Below are positions 1 to 10,968 of a stretch of DNA of 32,703 bases, one piece after another. This DNA comes from Hyphochytrium catenoides (lineage: Eukaryota > Protista > Hyphochytriomycota), in NCBI GenBank assembly GCA_900088475.1, contig FLMG01003410.1, forward strand, positions 1 through 32,703, given 5' to 3'. How positions within the stretch are numbered: the first letter of the stretch is position 1; every line of letters begins with the position of its first letter. Below the pieces are notes generated by a model. It was not told where the DNA came from and did not search any database. It saw only the letters and a program-made list of their open reading frames with translations. The position numbers and the translations under genes were made by a program.

Positions 1-947
1 AGCAAAGGTTCCTGCGCCATATGGTGATCCTCCGTGAACTTCGTCCAGGGAGAAGAGGAGAGGGGTCGCATAGCCAAGAGGGACGAAGACCATGCCGTGG
101 TGGGTGAGCTACAGAGAGAGATCGAGATAGAGAGAAGGTTAGCCGCTAGAGTTAGCATCGGGTCAGTTGTGGTTCAAGATTCTGGTCCGTTGACGAACCT
201 GCGTGAGGGTGGTCAGGGCGGTGGTCTCCTGTCCTCCTCCAGGTGTGGCGGTGGACACGAAAATGCCAGCGGGCTTGCCGCTAAGAGATTGCCTGGTAGA
301 CCGCAGCGGGAGTGGGAAGGAGAGGACGGGCAGCGAGACGTTAAGCAAAGAAAGTCCAAGAAAGACGAAGTTAGCTGGACCAAAAAATGGGAGAGGAAGC
401 AGGTTTTCAAGGGCGAGCCCTGCGAGAAGAAAGAAAGAGAGAGAGAAAGAGTAACCCCAAGACTCACTTGGCCCAGAGCTGCCCCGTGGCATCCCAGAAG
501 GCCTTCATCTGCGCTGGCATCTGCCCGAAACGGGTCGGGATGCCAAAGAGAAAGCCGTCCGCGTTGGGCAGATCGGCGACGTTGACCACCGGGACATCCG
601 GCTTGGCAGGCGCGTGCATCTTGCCGAGAATCTCGTCTGAGAGCGTCTCTGCTACCTGATAGAGCGTGACCTTCACACCAGGAACCTGCTCTGCGCCATC
701 CTTGACAGCCTCGGCCATCTAGATGGAGAAGAGAGAAAGAGAGAGAGAGAGAGAGAGGAGTTTTTAGTAGGTATTATGGTTATGGAAGCAAGCAAGAATG
801 GAGATAGATAGATAGATAGATAGAGAGAGAGGAGAAAGAGGGAGAGAGTATGTTTCTCCTGTTCAGCGTGTGGAGCCTGCAGCCGCTTACCTTGTGGATA
901 TGCCCATACATGGAATAGAAGATGAGATAAATGTGCGTCTCTGCCAT
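1..947 (-). CDS. wrbA: Flavodoxin-like NAD(P)H:quinone oxidoreductase (WrbA/Pst2 family), copy 1; 3' end lies outside the window
   Basis: Exons 947-891, 718-468, 292-199 and 108-<1 join in frame through GT-AG introns (phases 0,2,0). Motifs: IFYSMYGHI (FMN loop), [65 protein letters not shown]. Confidence 0.95.
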
Positions 948-1625
948 TTTCTGCTAAGTTTAGCTTAGGACTTGCTCGTGAAGAGTTTCTGGAGTTGGAC
1001 GGGAAGGACCGTGTCAAAGTCTTCGAAAGGTGGAAGACAGGAGCTCGAAGAAAGTTGGCGACTGAGGAATCTCTTTCTTTCCTTTAGAGGCCGGGTTGAG
1101 GGTTGAGGTGAAGATCCAAGAGGAGAGAGAGAGGGAGAGACGTCAAGGTACGACTGTAGAACAGAGAGAGAGAGAGATGGGAGAGAGAGATGAGAGAGGA
1201 GTACGAGAGAGAGAGAGAGAAAGGAAGATCGCTTCTTTGACCTTCGATCTTACAAGGCCGCAATAGAAGTCCAGTTCTACCTACACCCTTCAATAGATTC
1301 AGATGGAGAGTGGATCTTCCTTTTCTCTCTCTCTCTTCTCTCTCTGATTGAGTCTCTCTTTCAAATCTGTATCTTCTCTCTCACTTTTCACTCTGTCTCT
1401 CTTCTTTCTAATCCTCGTACTTGCTTCTCTTCATCTCTACTATCTTTCTCTACTTTTTTCTCTCTCTATTCCAATACTTTTCTCTCTTTTTCTCTCTGTC
1501 TGTCTGTTTGTCTCTCTTTGTCTCTCTGCCTGTTTGTCTCTCTCCTTGTCTGTCTGTCCATCTGTCTACAGTCTGTCTGTCTCTCTCCCTCTTTCCCCTT
1601 GCCCCTCATAGCTGACAACAGCTCC

Positions 1626-1776
1626 TGACGTCAACCCTCCGCACCCTCCTGAAACGTCAGAAGACCCAAACACACATTGAAGAAAAACGTCAGCAACAAA
1701 CGCATCTTCACCTAAAACTACTTGCTAATAAAAGCCTACACTAGCCAAACACAAGCTCTAACCCAGATTCACGTCA
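1626..1776 (-). promoter_or_regulatory. Cluster of four TGACGT (bZIP/CRE-type) motifs upstream of wrbA copy 1
   Basis: TGACGTCA at 1626-1633; ACGTCA at 1654-1659, 1687-1692 and 1771-1776; a fifth at 1140-1145. Function is inferred only. Confidence 0.4.
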
Positions 1777-2157
1777 AGCAAACCTCTTCCATGAGTCGAT
1801 GAAGGTAGCAAGCAGCCTCCCCCATAATAATAGTATGCTTCTATCAAGTTCCTTACACAGCTTAAAACCTAAGAGAGTAGCAGTAATAGTGACTGCTGAA
1901 GAGTCATTCCTATCCGAATCTAAGACTCATGTAGCACCCTAGAATATGATATTTGGCCCAAGATGGCTCTAAGGATTGTCCGAGGTTTACAGCGCCTGGC
2001 CGAATATGAAGGAAGGTGACTATTGACGAGACAGAGGTCGAGACAGAGGGAACTGAGCAAGTGTCTATATAGAGAGGAGACGAAAGAGAGAGAAACGAAG
2101 AGATACAGATATCCGAAGTCCAAAGCATGGAAGTTTCATGACCTTTGATTGCCATCA

Positions 2158-2243
2158 GCGAGAGCTAGAGAGCGAGAGCGAGCGAGAGCGAGCGAGAGCT
2201 AGAGAGAGAGAGCGAGCGAGAGTGAGAGAGAGAGAGAGAGCGG

Positions 2244-2274
<31 letters not shown>

Positions 2275-2475
2275 TGAGAGAGAGAGAGAGAGAAAGGAGA
2301 GAGCTAGACGGAAAGAGAGCGGCAGAGACGGAGTTGGAGAGAGGCAGAGACAGACAGACGAGAGAGAGAGCACAAGAGAGGGAGAGAGAGGAACAGAGAG
2401 GAGAGAACCAGGAGAGAGCAAGCGAGCGAGAGAGCGAAGGTATTTGGAGAGGTGAGAGAGGAAGCAAGAAAGAGT
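2158..2475. repeat. (AG)n/(AGCG)n microsatellite-rich tract
   Basis: Directly visible purine dinucleotide repeats. Confidence 0.9.
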
Positions 2476-3066
2476 AACGCAATAACACCGTCAACAGCAG
2501 GAGGGAAGGCTCTCAGTTGGCTGATGCGCGGCTAGGAGAAGACGTGGCGACAGCGGATAACGGGGCACTGTCCTCAGCATTCTTTCTCAGTTCTTCCCCT
2601 TCCTCCTCATCCTAGGAGGTACACTCGCAGCTCCACGAGAGAGAGAGGAATAGCTGTCCTCCTGCTTGCTGAGCACTAGGAAGTGAAGGACTCTCCCCTC
2701 CGCGTTAACTGGTTTCTTGCCTCTTCTTTCGTCTTCTCTCTTTCTCTTTCCTCTTCTGTTTCTCACATGCACAGGGGGACCCACGCGGCCAGTGCAGGGC
2801 CCAGTCTACTTCCTGAGTAGATGATGCGGGCCTTGCAGAAAGCGGCTCCTCGGCTTGAAGGACAAGAGAGAGAGTGTGAGTCTGTGAGAGAGAGAAAGAG
2901 AAAAGAGAGAGACGACGCCTGTGCAGAAGAAGCTTCGTCTTTTGTCTATAGATCTGCCGGGCCGATAAAAGCATTAAGCAACGCTATATTCTGTCTCTTG
3001 GTTGTCACGTGCTATCACCTACAGGTTCTCTCTTAGAGTCTCTCTCTTCTCCACCCACTCTTTGTT

Positions 3067-3110
<44 letters not shown>

Positions 3111-3297
3111 CCCCTCTCCCTCTTTCTGTGTCTCTCTCCCTCTTTCTGTGTCTCTCTCCCTCTTTCAGTCGCACACTCCCTTGCGTTCCGCTCTCCCGCC
3201 TTCTCTCTCTCTCCTCTCTGGGTCCCGCTGTCCTCTTTAGCACAACGCTTCTTCGCTCTCTCTCTTTGCGTCCCCCGCACTCTACACTGTCTTCTCT

Positions 3298-4357
3298 TTA
3301 TGCTTTTGCTTTATCTTTTCCTCTCTTCATCTGCTTCGCAATCTTTGCAAAGCGCTGCCCTTGCTCCTTTGCCAGCTCGAGCTCCAGGTCCGAGGGCTGG
3401 CGGCTGCCGTCTCCGCCTGCCAAAGTGCCCGCGCCATAGGCGCTGCCGCCGTGCACTTCTTCAAGGCTCCGTTGCAATGGGGAAGGATAGCCGAGAGGGA
3501 CGAATACTATTCCGTGGTGGGTGAGCTAGCGCGATGAGAAGAAGAAGAAGAAGAGGAAGAGAGAGAGCGAAGCGGCAGAGAGATACGGCAGAGAGAGAAA
3601 GAGAGACATAAAAGAGTGAAAGAGGAATAGGTGAAGAAAGCCGAGAGAGACCGAGAGAGAGAGAGAGAGAGAAGTTTGGTTAGGGAACGACCTGCCTCAT
3701 AGTCGGCAATGGCGTAGAAGCATGTTTATGGAAAGAGAACAGATGAACGTAGTAGCGAGGAGAGAGGATCGATGAAGAAGCCCCCTAATAAAAATCAATG
3801 AGGAAAGGGAAATATTCAAGCATGAGCAAGCGAGAGGAAGAGAGAGCGAGAGAGGATGAAAGAAGCAGAGGGGAGAGAGAGAGAGAGAGGATATATGTTA
3901 TATATCTATATACTAGAGAGGAAGAGAGAGAGAGAAAGCGAGATGAGAGAGAACAAAGAAAAAAAGAACACAGAAACAGAAAGGAGAGAGAAAGTGCAAA
4001 GGACGAAGAGACAGAAGTGAATTATCTCACCTGTGTCAGAGTGGTCAGCGCTGTCGTCTCCTGCCCGCCTCCAAGAGTCGCGGTCGAGACAAAGATGCCC
4101 GCTGGCTTCCCGCTAAGTGCTTGCCTTCAGAACCAGAAGGAGAGAGAGGAGGGATCATGAGAATATGAGGAAGAGACTTTGTCAGGGGAAGATGTAAAAG
4201 GGTGAAGAGAATATAAAGAGAGAGAGAGAGACGAAGAAAGAGAGAAGGAGACAGAAAAGAGGGCGGAAGGAGAGGGATAGCCACGCGAGAGAGGGAGAGA
4301 GAAAGCAAGAGCGAGAGAGCCACGATGACATCATGGTGTGACCTGAACAACCAAGAT

Positions 4358-4393
<36 letters not shown>

Positions 4394-5158
4394 TACTTGG
4401 CCCAGAGTTGCCNNNNNNNNNNNNNNNNNNNNNNNNNNNNNNNNNNNNNNNNNNNNNNNNNNNNNNNNNNNNNNNNNNNNNNNNNNNNNNNNNNNNNNNN
4501 NNNNNNNNNNNNNNNNNNNNNNNNNNNNNNNNNNNNNNNNNNNNNNNNNNNNNNNNNNNNNNNNNNNNNNNNNNNNNNNNNNNNNNNNNNNNNNNNNNNN
4601 NNNNNNNNNNNNNNNNNNNNNNNNNNNNNNNNNNNNNNNNNNNNNNNNNNNNNNNNNNNNNNNNNNNNNNNNNNNNNNNNNNNNNNNNNNNNNNNNNNNN
4701 NNNNNNNNNNNNNNNNNNNNNNNNNNNNNNNNNNNNNNNNNNNNNNNNNNNNNNNCTCTGCCACTTGATAGAGGGTGACCTTTACACCAGGAACCTGCTC
4801 TGCGCCATCCTTGACAGCCTCGGCCATCTAGATGAAGAAGAGAGAAAGAGAAAGAGAGAGAGAGAAGGAGAGAAAAAGAGAAAGTGAGGGTTAATAGACA
4901 AAGAGATCTCGAGGGACTGTGAAACCGGACCACGAGGGTAGTCGAGGATTGTCTACTATGACCAGGAGGCGTACCTGACAGTCTTTCACTCTCGTCTCTC
5001 TTCCTCTCTCCTTAACTCTTCTCCTCTTTCTCTCTCACTCTCTCTCTCTCTCTCTCTCATTCTCTAAATGCCCCCCTCGGCCTGCCGAGTCGTCCTCATA
5101 CCTTGTAAATGTGCCCATACATAGAGTAGAAGACAATGAAGATGTTGGTCTCAGACAT
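3298..5158 (-). CDS. wrbA: Flavodoxin-like NAD(P)H:quinone oxidoreductase (WrbA/Pst2 family), copy 2; about 209 aa, with a possible 62-aa N-terminal extension from the ATG at 5344
   Basis: Exons 5158-5102, 4827-4397 (contains the N gap), 4124-4031 and 3525-3298 (TAA). Intron positions match copy 1. Motifs: [74 protein letters not shown]. Confidence 0.93.
4413..4755. other. Assembly gap (343 N) inside exon 2 of wrbA copy 2
   Basis: Run of N; the equivalent segment of copy 1 (484-646) is 163 nt. Confidence 0.99.
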
Positions 5159-5351
5159 CTTTCCCTTGCCCTGCGAACTAAGAGCTCTGCACAGCTGCGG
5201 ATCCGTGGCGCGAGAAGCAAGGGAAGGAGCTCTCCGAGAGAGAGGATGGCCGCCAGAGTGAGAGAGAGATTGAAAAGAGACAGAGGTCCGCAGGAGTGAG
5301 GGAGAGAGAAGATGTTGTCTGAGCTTTGAGACTCTGAAGGCCATCAGGCTC

Positions 5352-5359
5352 TTTATATA
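5352..5359 (-). promoter_or_regulatory. TATA-like box (TATATAAA) upstream of wrbA copy 2
   Basis: The minus strand reads TATATAAA about 195 nt upstream of the conserved ATG at 5158. Confidence 0.35.
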
Positions 5360-5465
5360 ATGACAGCCCTGAGGTCACTCTTACTCCGGCGATCCAGCTT
5401 TGCTTCTTTCGGGATAATGAGTTTCAGAGCTCAAGCTTTGGAGAGACGAGGGGAACAAGATACAG

Positions 5466-5509
<44 letters not shown>

Positions 5510-6260
5510 GAGAAAGAAAAAGGGGGGAAAGCGCGAGAGGGAGGATTTTGAGAGGACAAGACGAAGATGAAGAAAAGTTGCAGGGAAGATGACAGAGGAG
5601 GAGGGGAAAGAGAGAGCGAGAGAAGACGACGACGGAGAGAGTTGACAAAGAGAGAGAGAGAGAGAGAGAGAGAAGAAAGAAAGAGAGAGAGAGCTCTTCC
5701 CAGCACTGTGTAGCAGGCGTACAAAGAAATTTTAACCTCGCTCCTCCGATCAGAACAAGAAAGATACCACCCATCAACCCTCGCCAAACACAGGCTATGT
5801 GACAAACCCAGTGCCTCAACAAACCCTGAAGATCATTACTACTGGCTAATTATCGTTGGTCAAACACAACCTAGTGCTCAAACTCACTGACTCGTTAGAT
5901 AAGAAGCCAAAAGGTTTTCTTTCTGTTCATGACCTTTCATGGCCAAGATCCATAATAATAATGTTCATTATGTTATCTTAGTATGTTCAAAGACTGTATT
6001 TTGGCAGTAGTAATACAGGTTCGCATCTTCATCTTTCTTGAAGCTCTCACATCTCTCTTTCTCCTCCTTGGCTCTGTCTTTCTCCTCTCTCTCTGTTCCT
6101 CTGCGGCTCTCTCGTTCTTTCTCCTCTCCCTCAGTTCTTCCCTGTTCCTCTTCTCTCTCTCGCTGCTTCCTCTTCCGTAGGGCTACAGCTGGAGTTGTCC
6201 CTCCTGGTCTTGGACGGCTCCCTCATTGAACTCTTCAAAGGGATGTGAACGTAGTTTAAT

Positions 6261-6264
<4 letters not shown>

Positions 6265-6335
<71 letters not shown>
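6265..6335. repeat. (AG)n microsatellite
   Basis: Near-perfect AG run. Confidence 0.95.
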
Positions 6336-6695
6336 CTAGTGGGAACACAGAGTGACGCGCAAGCTGAGGACCGTAACGGCGTATCCACCAGAAGAAAGAT
6401 TGAAGACAAGAGGTCTGACACGAGGTCTGACAGAAGATCTGTAGCGTAGTGTCTCATTTGCCGCGGTTTAGTTAACATTAGCGCTTACACCATACTAACA
6501 GAGTAAGGTCCCTCTCTCTCTCTGTGTCTTCCTCTCTTTTCCTCTCTCCCTCCTCCTCGCTCCTCCTCCATATCAAGCTCGTGTTATTTTGTGAATGCTT
6601 CACATGGCAGAGCCTCTGCAGATGCTTTGCCTCTTGCACGCTTTGCTCCATAGTTCAAGCACGGCTACAATCTGGCTAAGTCTGCGGATGCACTT

Positions 6696-7910
6696 CTAGA
6701 CTGCGCCTTTCCCGGGGGGTCCTGCATTAAGCGAAGGAGGACTTGGGATTGTCTGCTTGGCCATGCCAGCCGTGAGCTCATCGACGTAGACATAGGAGTC
6801 AGGATGATTGTGGATGCGCTCACTGAACATGCGGGATACCGCGTGGGTGAGACAGAGCATGAACGGCACATTAAGGTTCGCGGCCATCCGCACACCGTAA
6901 GCATTGTCATAGACCTTCAGCTTCAGCGCCGGCTCTGGATGGTTATTCACATACCAGAGAGAATTTTCAAAAGACATGCAGCTCTCCTCCACCCGCGCTG
7001 GGCAGCCAGCAAGCACTGCCTCCGGAGTAATGGCAAACTGAGGCATAACGTGATAGTCTTTGTGAGAAGGGGTATCGTACGTAAGGCGGCAGAGAAGAGT
7101 CTTTCTTTCTTGTGCCGTCCCACCAGCGGTAAGGCCGTATAAATAAAAGTTCGACCCATTCCATTGCATCATCGGAGCTCTATGGCCCTCCCCACGCCTC
7201 TGTACTAGCTCCAGAATAGGGACGTCTGCGCTGTTCTGCATGCGCGTAGTAGAGACGAAGATGAGGCCACCGATGGTCTGCTCCGCTGAAAAGGCCGTGT
7301 GGATGTACGTATAGTGCATTCTGGCGCCGGGGCCAAGCACCTTTGTTGGCTCCAATGACTTTCTGTTATACACCTCACAAAAGAAGCTCGAAGGATGGCT
7401 GTATTTGATGGGCACTGTCATCCCGCCAGGCGCAGCAGGATGTGGCGCATATTCCTCTTTGAGCAGGCCGAGAGCACGTTGATAAAAAGCGCTAACATCA
7501 CCCTTTGTGAAGCCAGAGAAGAACTTCATAATTGAGTTGTTCTCATAAGGAAGCGGATCATTCAATACTATGCCCAGAAAGCGTAAGAAGTCTGCTTGCT
7601 GCTTTGCAATGACATTGTCCTTGCTATCAAAGACACTGGAAAGCGTCCGGGCCTTTGGTCTCTTCACCAGCCACTTGGGCAACTGGAAGCTTCCACACAA
7701 TCCTTGAAGATCTTTCAATGTGCACTTTCCTTCAAGAGTGATATCGCCTGCTGACAGGGTGAACTCGAAGACTGTGGCACCTAGACTACCGAATGTGACG
7801 CTCTGTAGAGTTATTGAGATTGAGCTATCGGCCCTGGGCACACTGACAGGAGCAAGAATGCCACCAATGACTGGCGCCGCCTTCGTGACCGCTTCGCCGT
7901 TGGCGACCAT
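6696..7910 (-). CDS. Intronless 404-aa protein with a degenerate N-terminal PX-like domain and an unassigned beta-rich C-terminal domain
   Basis: Long ATG-initiated, complex-composition ORF. ATVFEFTL...LVKRPK...NVIAKQQADFLRFLGIVLNDP...NNSIMKFF follows the PX strand/proline-loop/helix pattern. Confidence 0.7.
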   Translation of the reverse strand: MVANGEAVTKAAPVIGGILAPVSVPRADSSISITLQSVTFGSLGATVFEFTLSAGDITLEGKCTLKDLQGLCGSFQLPKWLVKRPKARTLSSVFDSKDNVIAKQQADFLRFLGIVLNDPLPYENNSIMKFFSGFTKGDVSAFYQRALGLLKEEYAPHPAAPGGMTVPIKYSHPSSFFCEVYNRKSLEPTKVLGPGARMHYTYIHTAFSAEQTIGGLIFVSTTRMQNSADVPILELVQRRGEGHRAPMMQWNGSNFYLYGLTAGGTAQERKTLLCRLTYDTPSHKDYHVMPQFAITPEAVLAGCPARVEESCMSFENSLWYVNNHPEPALKLKVYDNAYGVRMAANLNVPFMLCLTHAVSRMFSERIHNHPDSYVYVDELTAGMAKQTIPSPPSLNAGPPGKGAV

Positions 7911-9345
7911 TATTGCTCACTGCCGTTTGTACAGTCCCGAGGATTCGAATGCAGCAGAGTAAGCTGCGAAGTGACTCCAAGTCACAGTCAGGGATATGCC
8001 TAGCTCAGAAGATTGAGAGCTCCAAAGCAGAGACCCAATAATCTTCAGAAAGAAAGGCGGGATGTCTCTGTCCAATGTCAGAAGCGCAGAATGGAAGAAG
8101 TGTTGTCTTGTGTCTGATGTGGTGTAGGACAGCGCCCTCATCAGACAGACAGAATAATACAAACCATAGTGTTATTCTAGAAAGAGATATATACGAGACG
8201 CCCCACTTCCGAAAAAGTGGAACGAGAGAACACGATGCTGGTGGTTATGAGAGACAGAATGAGAGCTTCACCAGACAGAGTAGAGTAAAAGTATAACAAA
8301 CTCCTGTGAGAGGCCGTAAGAGATGGAGGATAAAGCTATCGTAGATATTGATAGGACGAGATAGAGTGGCTGTTCTGCTTCTGAACTCTTTGAAGCTGGC
8401 TCAAAGACTCACAGAGGAAAATCCAAATTCTGACCTGTCCTGATCCTACGCCGCCTGGCAGCAGGTACGAGGGTATTGGTCTGAACAGCTGCCACTGTTA
8501 CCCAATCCTATGCCATACATCACCCTCTAGACTGCATAAGGAGGCCTCTACCTTATTCACGAGGTTTTCTGGACTACATAAAGTAATGGGGGACTGTGAT
8601 ATTAGTATAAAACCATTAATTAGGCCTGGTCAGTGCTGTGAAGGCTCCCATGAGCATATACGCCTTGTACTGTAGTCCATCATCATCCTGTTTATTCAGC
8701 TTGTGCGTCCTTTGTTTATTCACCACCTAGAAGAATCAATAAGAAAGGTTATCACCAAACTGATTATCTGGCTCCTTATCCTATCAGGTTAGTCTTAGTA
8801 ATCAGATAGTGATCCTTTAGCAAATGATTCTGCTGGTCTTCATCTGTAGACAAACTCAACTTCTTCAGCAGGGTCTCCAAAGTCTCCAGTCTCCATCAGC
8901 TTCATCGCCGTATCGGAGCTCATCCAGACGATAGGGTAGGAAGAAGAAGACTAGAGCTGGAGCCACTTCACTAACTGTACAGCAGGGAGAGATCTGAGGA
9001 GTGCTGTGAAGACGGGTGCTGGCAAAGAAGGGGAACTGAAGGCTGAAGACTAAACACCACCGCAGCAGCATTGCAGACAGCGGACTTGGTCGGACGTCAG
9101 CAGTGTATGATTATTGATGAGGCTGCTGAAAGGGGGCTCAAGGACAACAGGGATAGAGCAAAAAGAAGGAAAAGGAGACTAGTATTGGAATGATAGACTG
9201 AAGAGGAGGTGCAGGATCTCGACAACCACCAGAAGGCATGAAGAGGAGGAGAGGAAGGATTCTGCTGCCACCCGCCATATATCTGAGAGATTGAAAGCAA
9301 TGGAAGGCTACTGCGGACCTCTTTCTGTCATAATGACACGGTAGG

Positions 9346-10968
9346 ATGGCGTTCAGGCGGCGAGGGATTGAGGAGCTGGAGGAGGGTACCACTCTTCTCG
9401 CGCCTCCTCCTCTCCTCTCTCTTGCCTCACTGTCAGGGCAGGGTAACCCTCGCAGCAACCTACAGCAGACGACCTCTTCTTCTTCACTCTCATTCCTTAG
9501 GCGACTAATTCATAGCTCATTGCTTCTTGAGGTCTCTCTTCCTCGTCTCGTTGTTTATGGCTTCTCCATCTGGCTTCTGGCGCTGCTCGTCCTCTTCCTG
9601 TCATGTAGAGAGAGCATGTACTCGCCTCTCAACTGGGAAGGCGCAGGGAAGCAGAAGATGTTGGAACATCATAGAGTAGTGGCGGAGGGACTTATCTGGG
9701 CCAGTACCATAGGGAACAGCTCTTTGGACTACATGCCTCGCTCCCCAACACAGAACTTGACTGAGGAGGTCCGCCTGGTTGCTCTCTCTCATGAGAGAGT
9801 TGTCCCATACATCTACGCTCTCGTTGCTTCTCTCTTCCCTTCGCCCTACAACGCCCTCGGAGAACGAGACAAAGTCAGCGACGTCCGCAGCCTTCATATA
9901 GTTAACACGGCTCGAACAAGAGATGAAGACCGTCCAGCGACGAAAGCAGATTATCTGGCACCTCTTCGCTCTTTGCCCTTTATAACTATTCACGACCTTC
10001 CCGCTCTGTCTTCCTCTTCAGCAGCTACCAACGAAGTTAAAACCCCTGAAAAGCAGCTCCAAGTTTGGCTGCGGAGGCAGATCAGGGACTATATAGATGC
10101 CCTACGTGTCTGCTTACTGGACCGGGTTGGGCAAGAGGAGGCTCGAGAGGGACAGGTAAAGAGAAGAGATGGAGAACAACAGACTGTGAGAGAGATACAA
10201 GTGACAAGCCAGTCTAGCTGGTGCATTATCCTAGAGGAAGATGCCATCGCCACGTCCAGCTTCCTCAAGAAGTTCAAAGAAAGGGTGGCGGAGCCTCTTT
10301 CCGCTTCTCTTGGGGACGTTGCTTTCGTCAAGCTGTTCTTCAGTAACAAGTGGGATGGTTTTGAAGATGTAGACAGAGTAGCAGTGGTCAGCGCGTGTCT
10401 CTTCCTCTCCTTCCTCATTTTGCTGTCTCTTGGAGGAGCTCGGATCTGTCTTTCCGTCGTCAGGCACAGAAAAAAGAAGGAACAGCACTCGTCTGGCTGT
10501 TCTTTCTCACCCCACAGACAGGGGAAAGTACCAAGAAGACTCCTTTTTGGGCGTCTCTCTCTCCTCTTTCTCTATATTTTCTCCCTGCTTCTCTCGTCTG
10601 CTCTTCTGATGGGCAAGCAGCACCTCAAAGGCCTGGTATTACCCTTCGTCAGTGGTTTGAGACCGATGCAGCACTTCATGGCCAACATTGCGATGGCGTA
10701 TCCCTCAGACAGAGTGCCAGATCTCATTCAATTCTTAGAGCTTTACGTAGAAAGAGAGAGTGCGCCAGCTCCAATTGACTGGGTCATTGCTAGGGATTGG
10801 GTGGAGGAGAGGAAGAGAGAAGGCGGAAAGGAGGGAAAGATGCTGTCGTATGAGATCGTTCCTTCTCTCTTCCAGCACATTGGGGCCTTCTCTAGCGGCA
10901 CTGTCAGTGCCGGCAAGTACTTTGGAGACTATCAGAAGATGCCTCAAGATTCCCTGTTCCAAGCATAG
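9346..10968 (+). CDS. PGAP4: PGAP4/TMEM246-like glycosyltransferase (GT-A fold interrupted by a transmembrane hairpin), paralogue A, 540 aa, intronless
   Basis: N-terminal TM segment; QIRDYIDALRVC; WCIILEEDA (DxD-like); AFVKLF..WDGF; then two hydrophobic segments separated by a basic loop; IDWVI; PSLFQHIGAFSS. Confidence 0.8.
   Translation: MAFRRRGIEELEEGTTLLAPPPLLSLASLSGQGNPRSNLQQTTSSSSLSFLRRLIHSSLLLEVSLPRLVVYGFSIWLLALLVLFLSCRESMYSPLNWEGAGKQKMLEHHRVVAEGLIWASTIGNSSLDYMPRSPTQNLTEEVRLVALSHERVVPYIYALVASLFPSPYNALGERDKVSDVRSLHIVNTARTRDEDRPATKADYLAPLRSLPFITIHDLPALSSSSAATNEVKTPEKQLQVWLRRQIRDYIDALRVCLLDRVGQEEAREGQVKRRDGEQQTVREIQVTSQSSWCIILEEDAIATSSFLKKFKERVAEPLSASLGDVAFVKLFFSNKWDGFEDVDRVAVVSACLFLSFLILLSLGGARICLSVVRHRKKKEQHSSGCSFSPHRQGKVPRRLLFGRLSLLFLYIFSLLLSSALLMGKQHLKGLVLPFVSGLRPMQHFMANIAMAYPSDRVPDLIQFLELYVERESAPAPIDWVIARDWVEERKREGGKEGKMLSYEIVPSLFQHIGAFSSGTVSAGKYFGDYQKMPQDSLFQA

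Noticed and set aside
1880-2150. Complex-sequence patch between the wrbA copies with short open frames
   Set aside because: No recognisable motif or consistent splice model.
1348-3524. Many ORFs rich in LSLSLS or ERERER here and throughout the window (e.g. 23314-23945, 28236-29152, 29886-30554)
   Set aside because: They are translations of stop-free CT/AG microsatellites; only the embedded exons are real.
6410-6432. Short direct repeat GAGGTCTGACA x2
   Set aside because: Only two copies; no array, spacer or element structure.
8640-9071. Minus-strand fragments such as ETLETLLKKLSLSTDEDQQNHLL
   Set aside because: Possibly a relic, but no continuous frame or identifiable homology.
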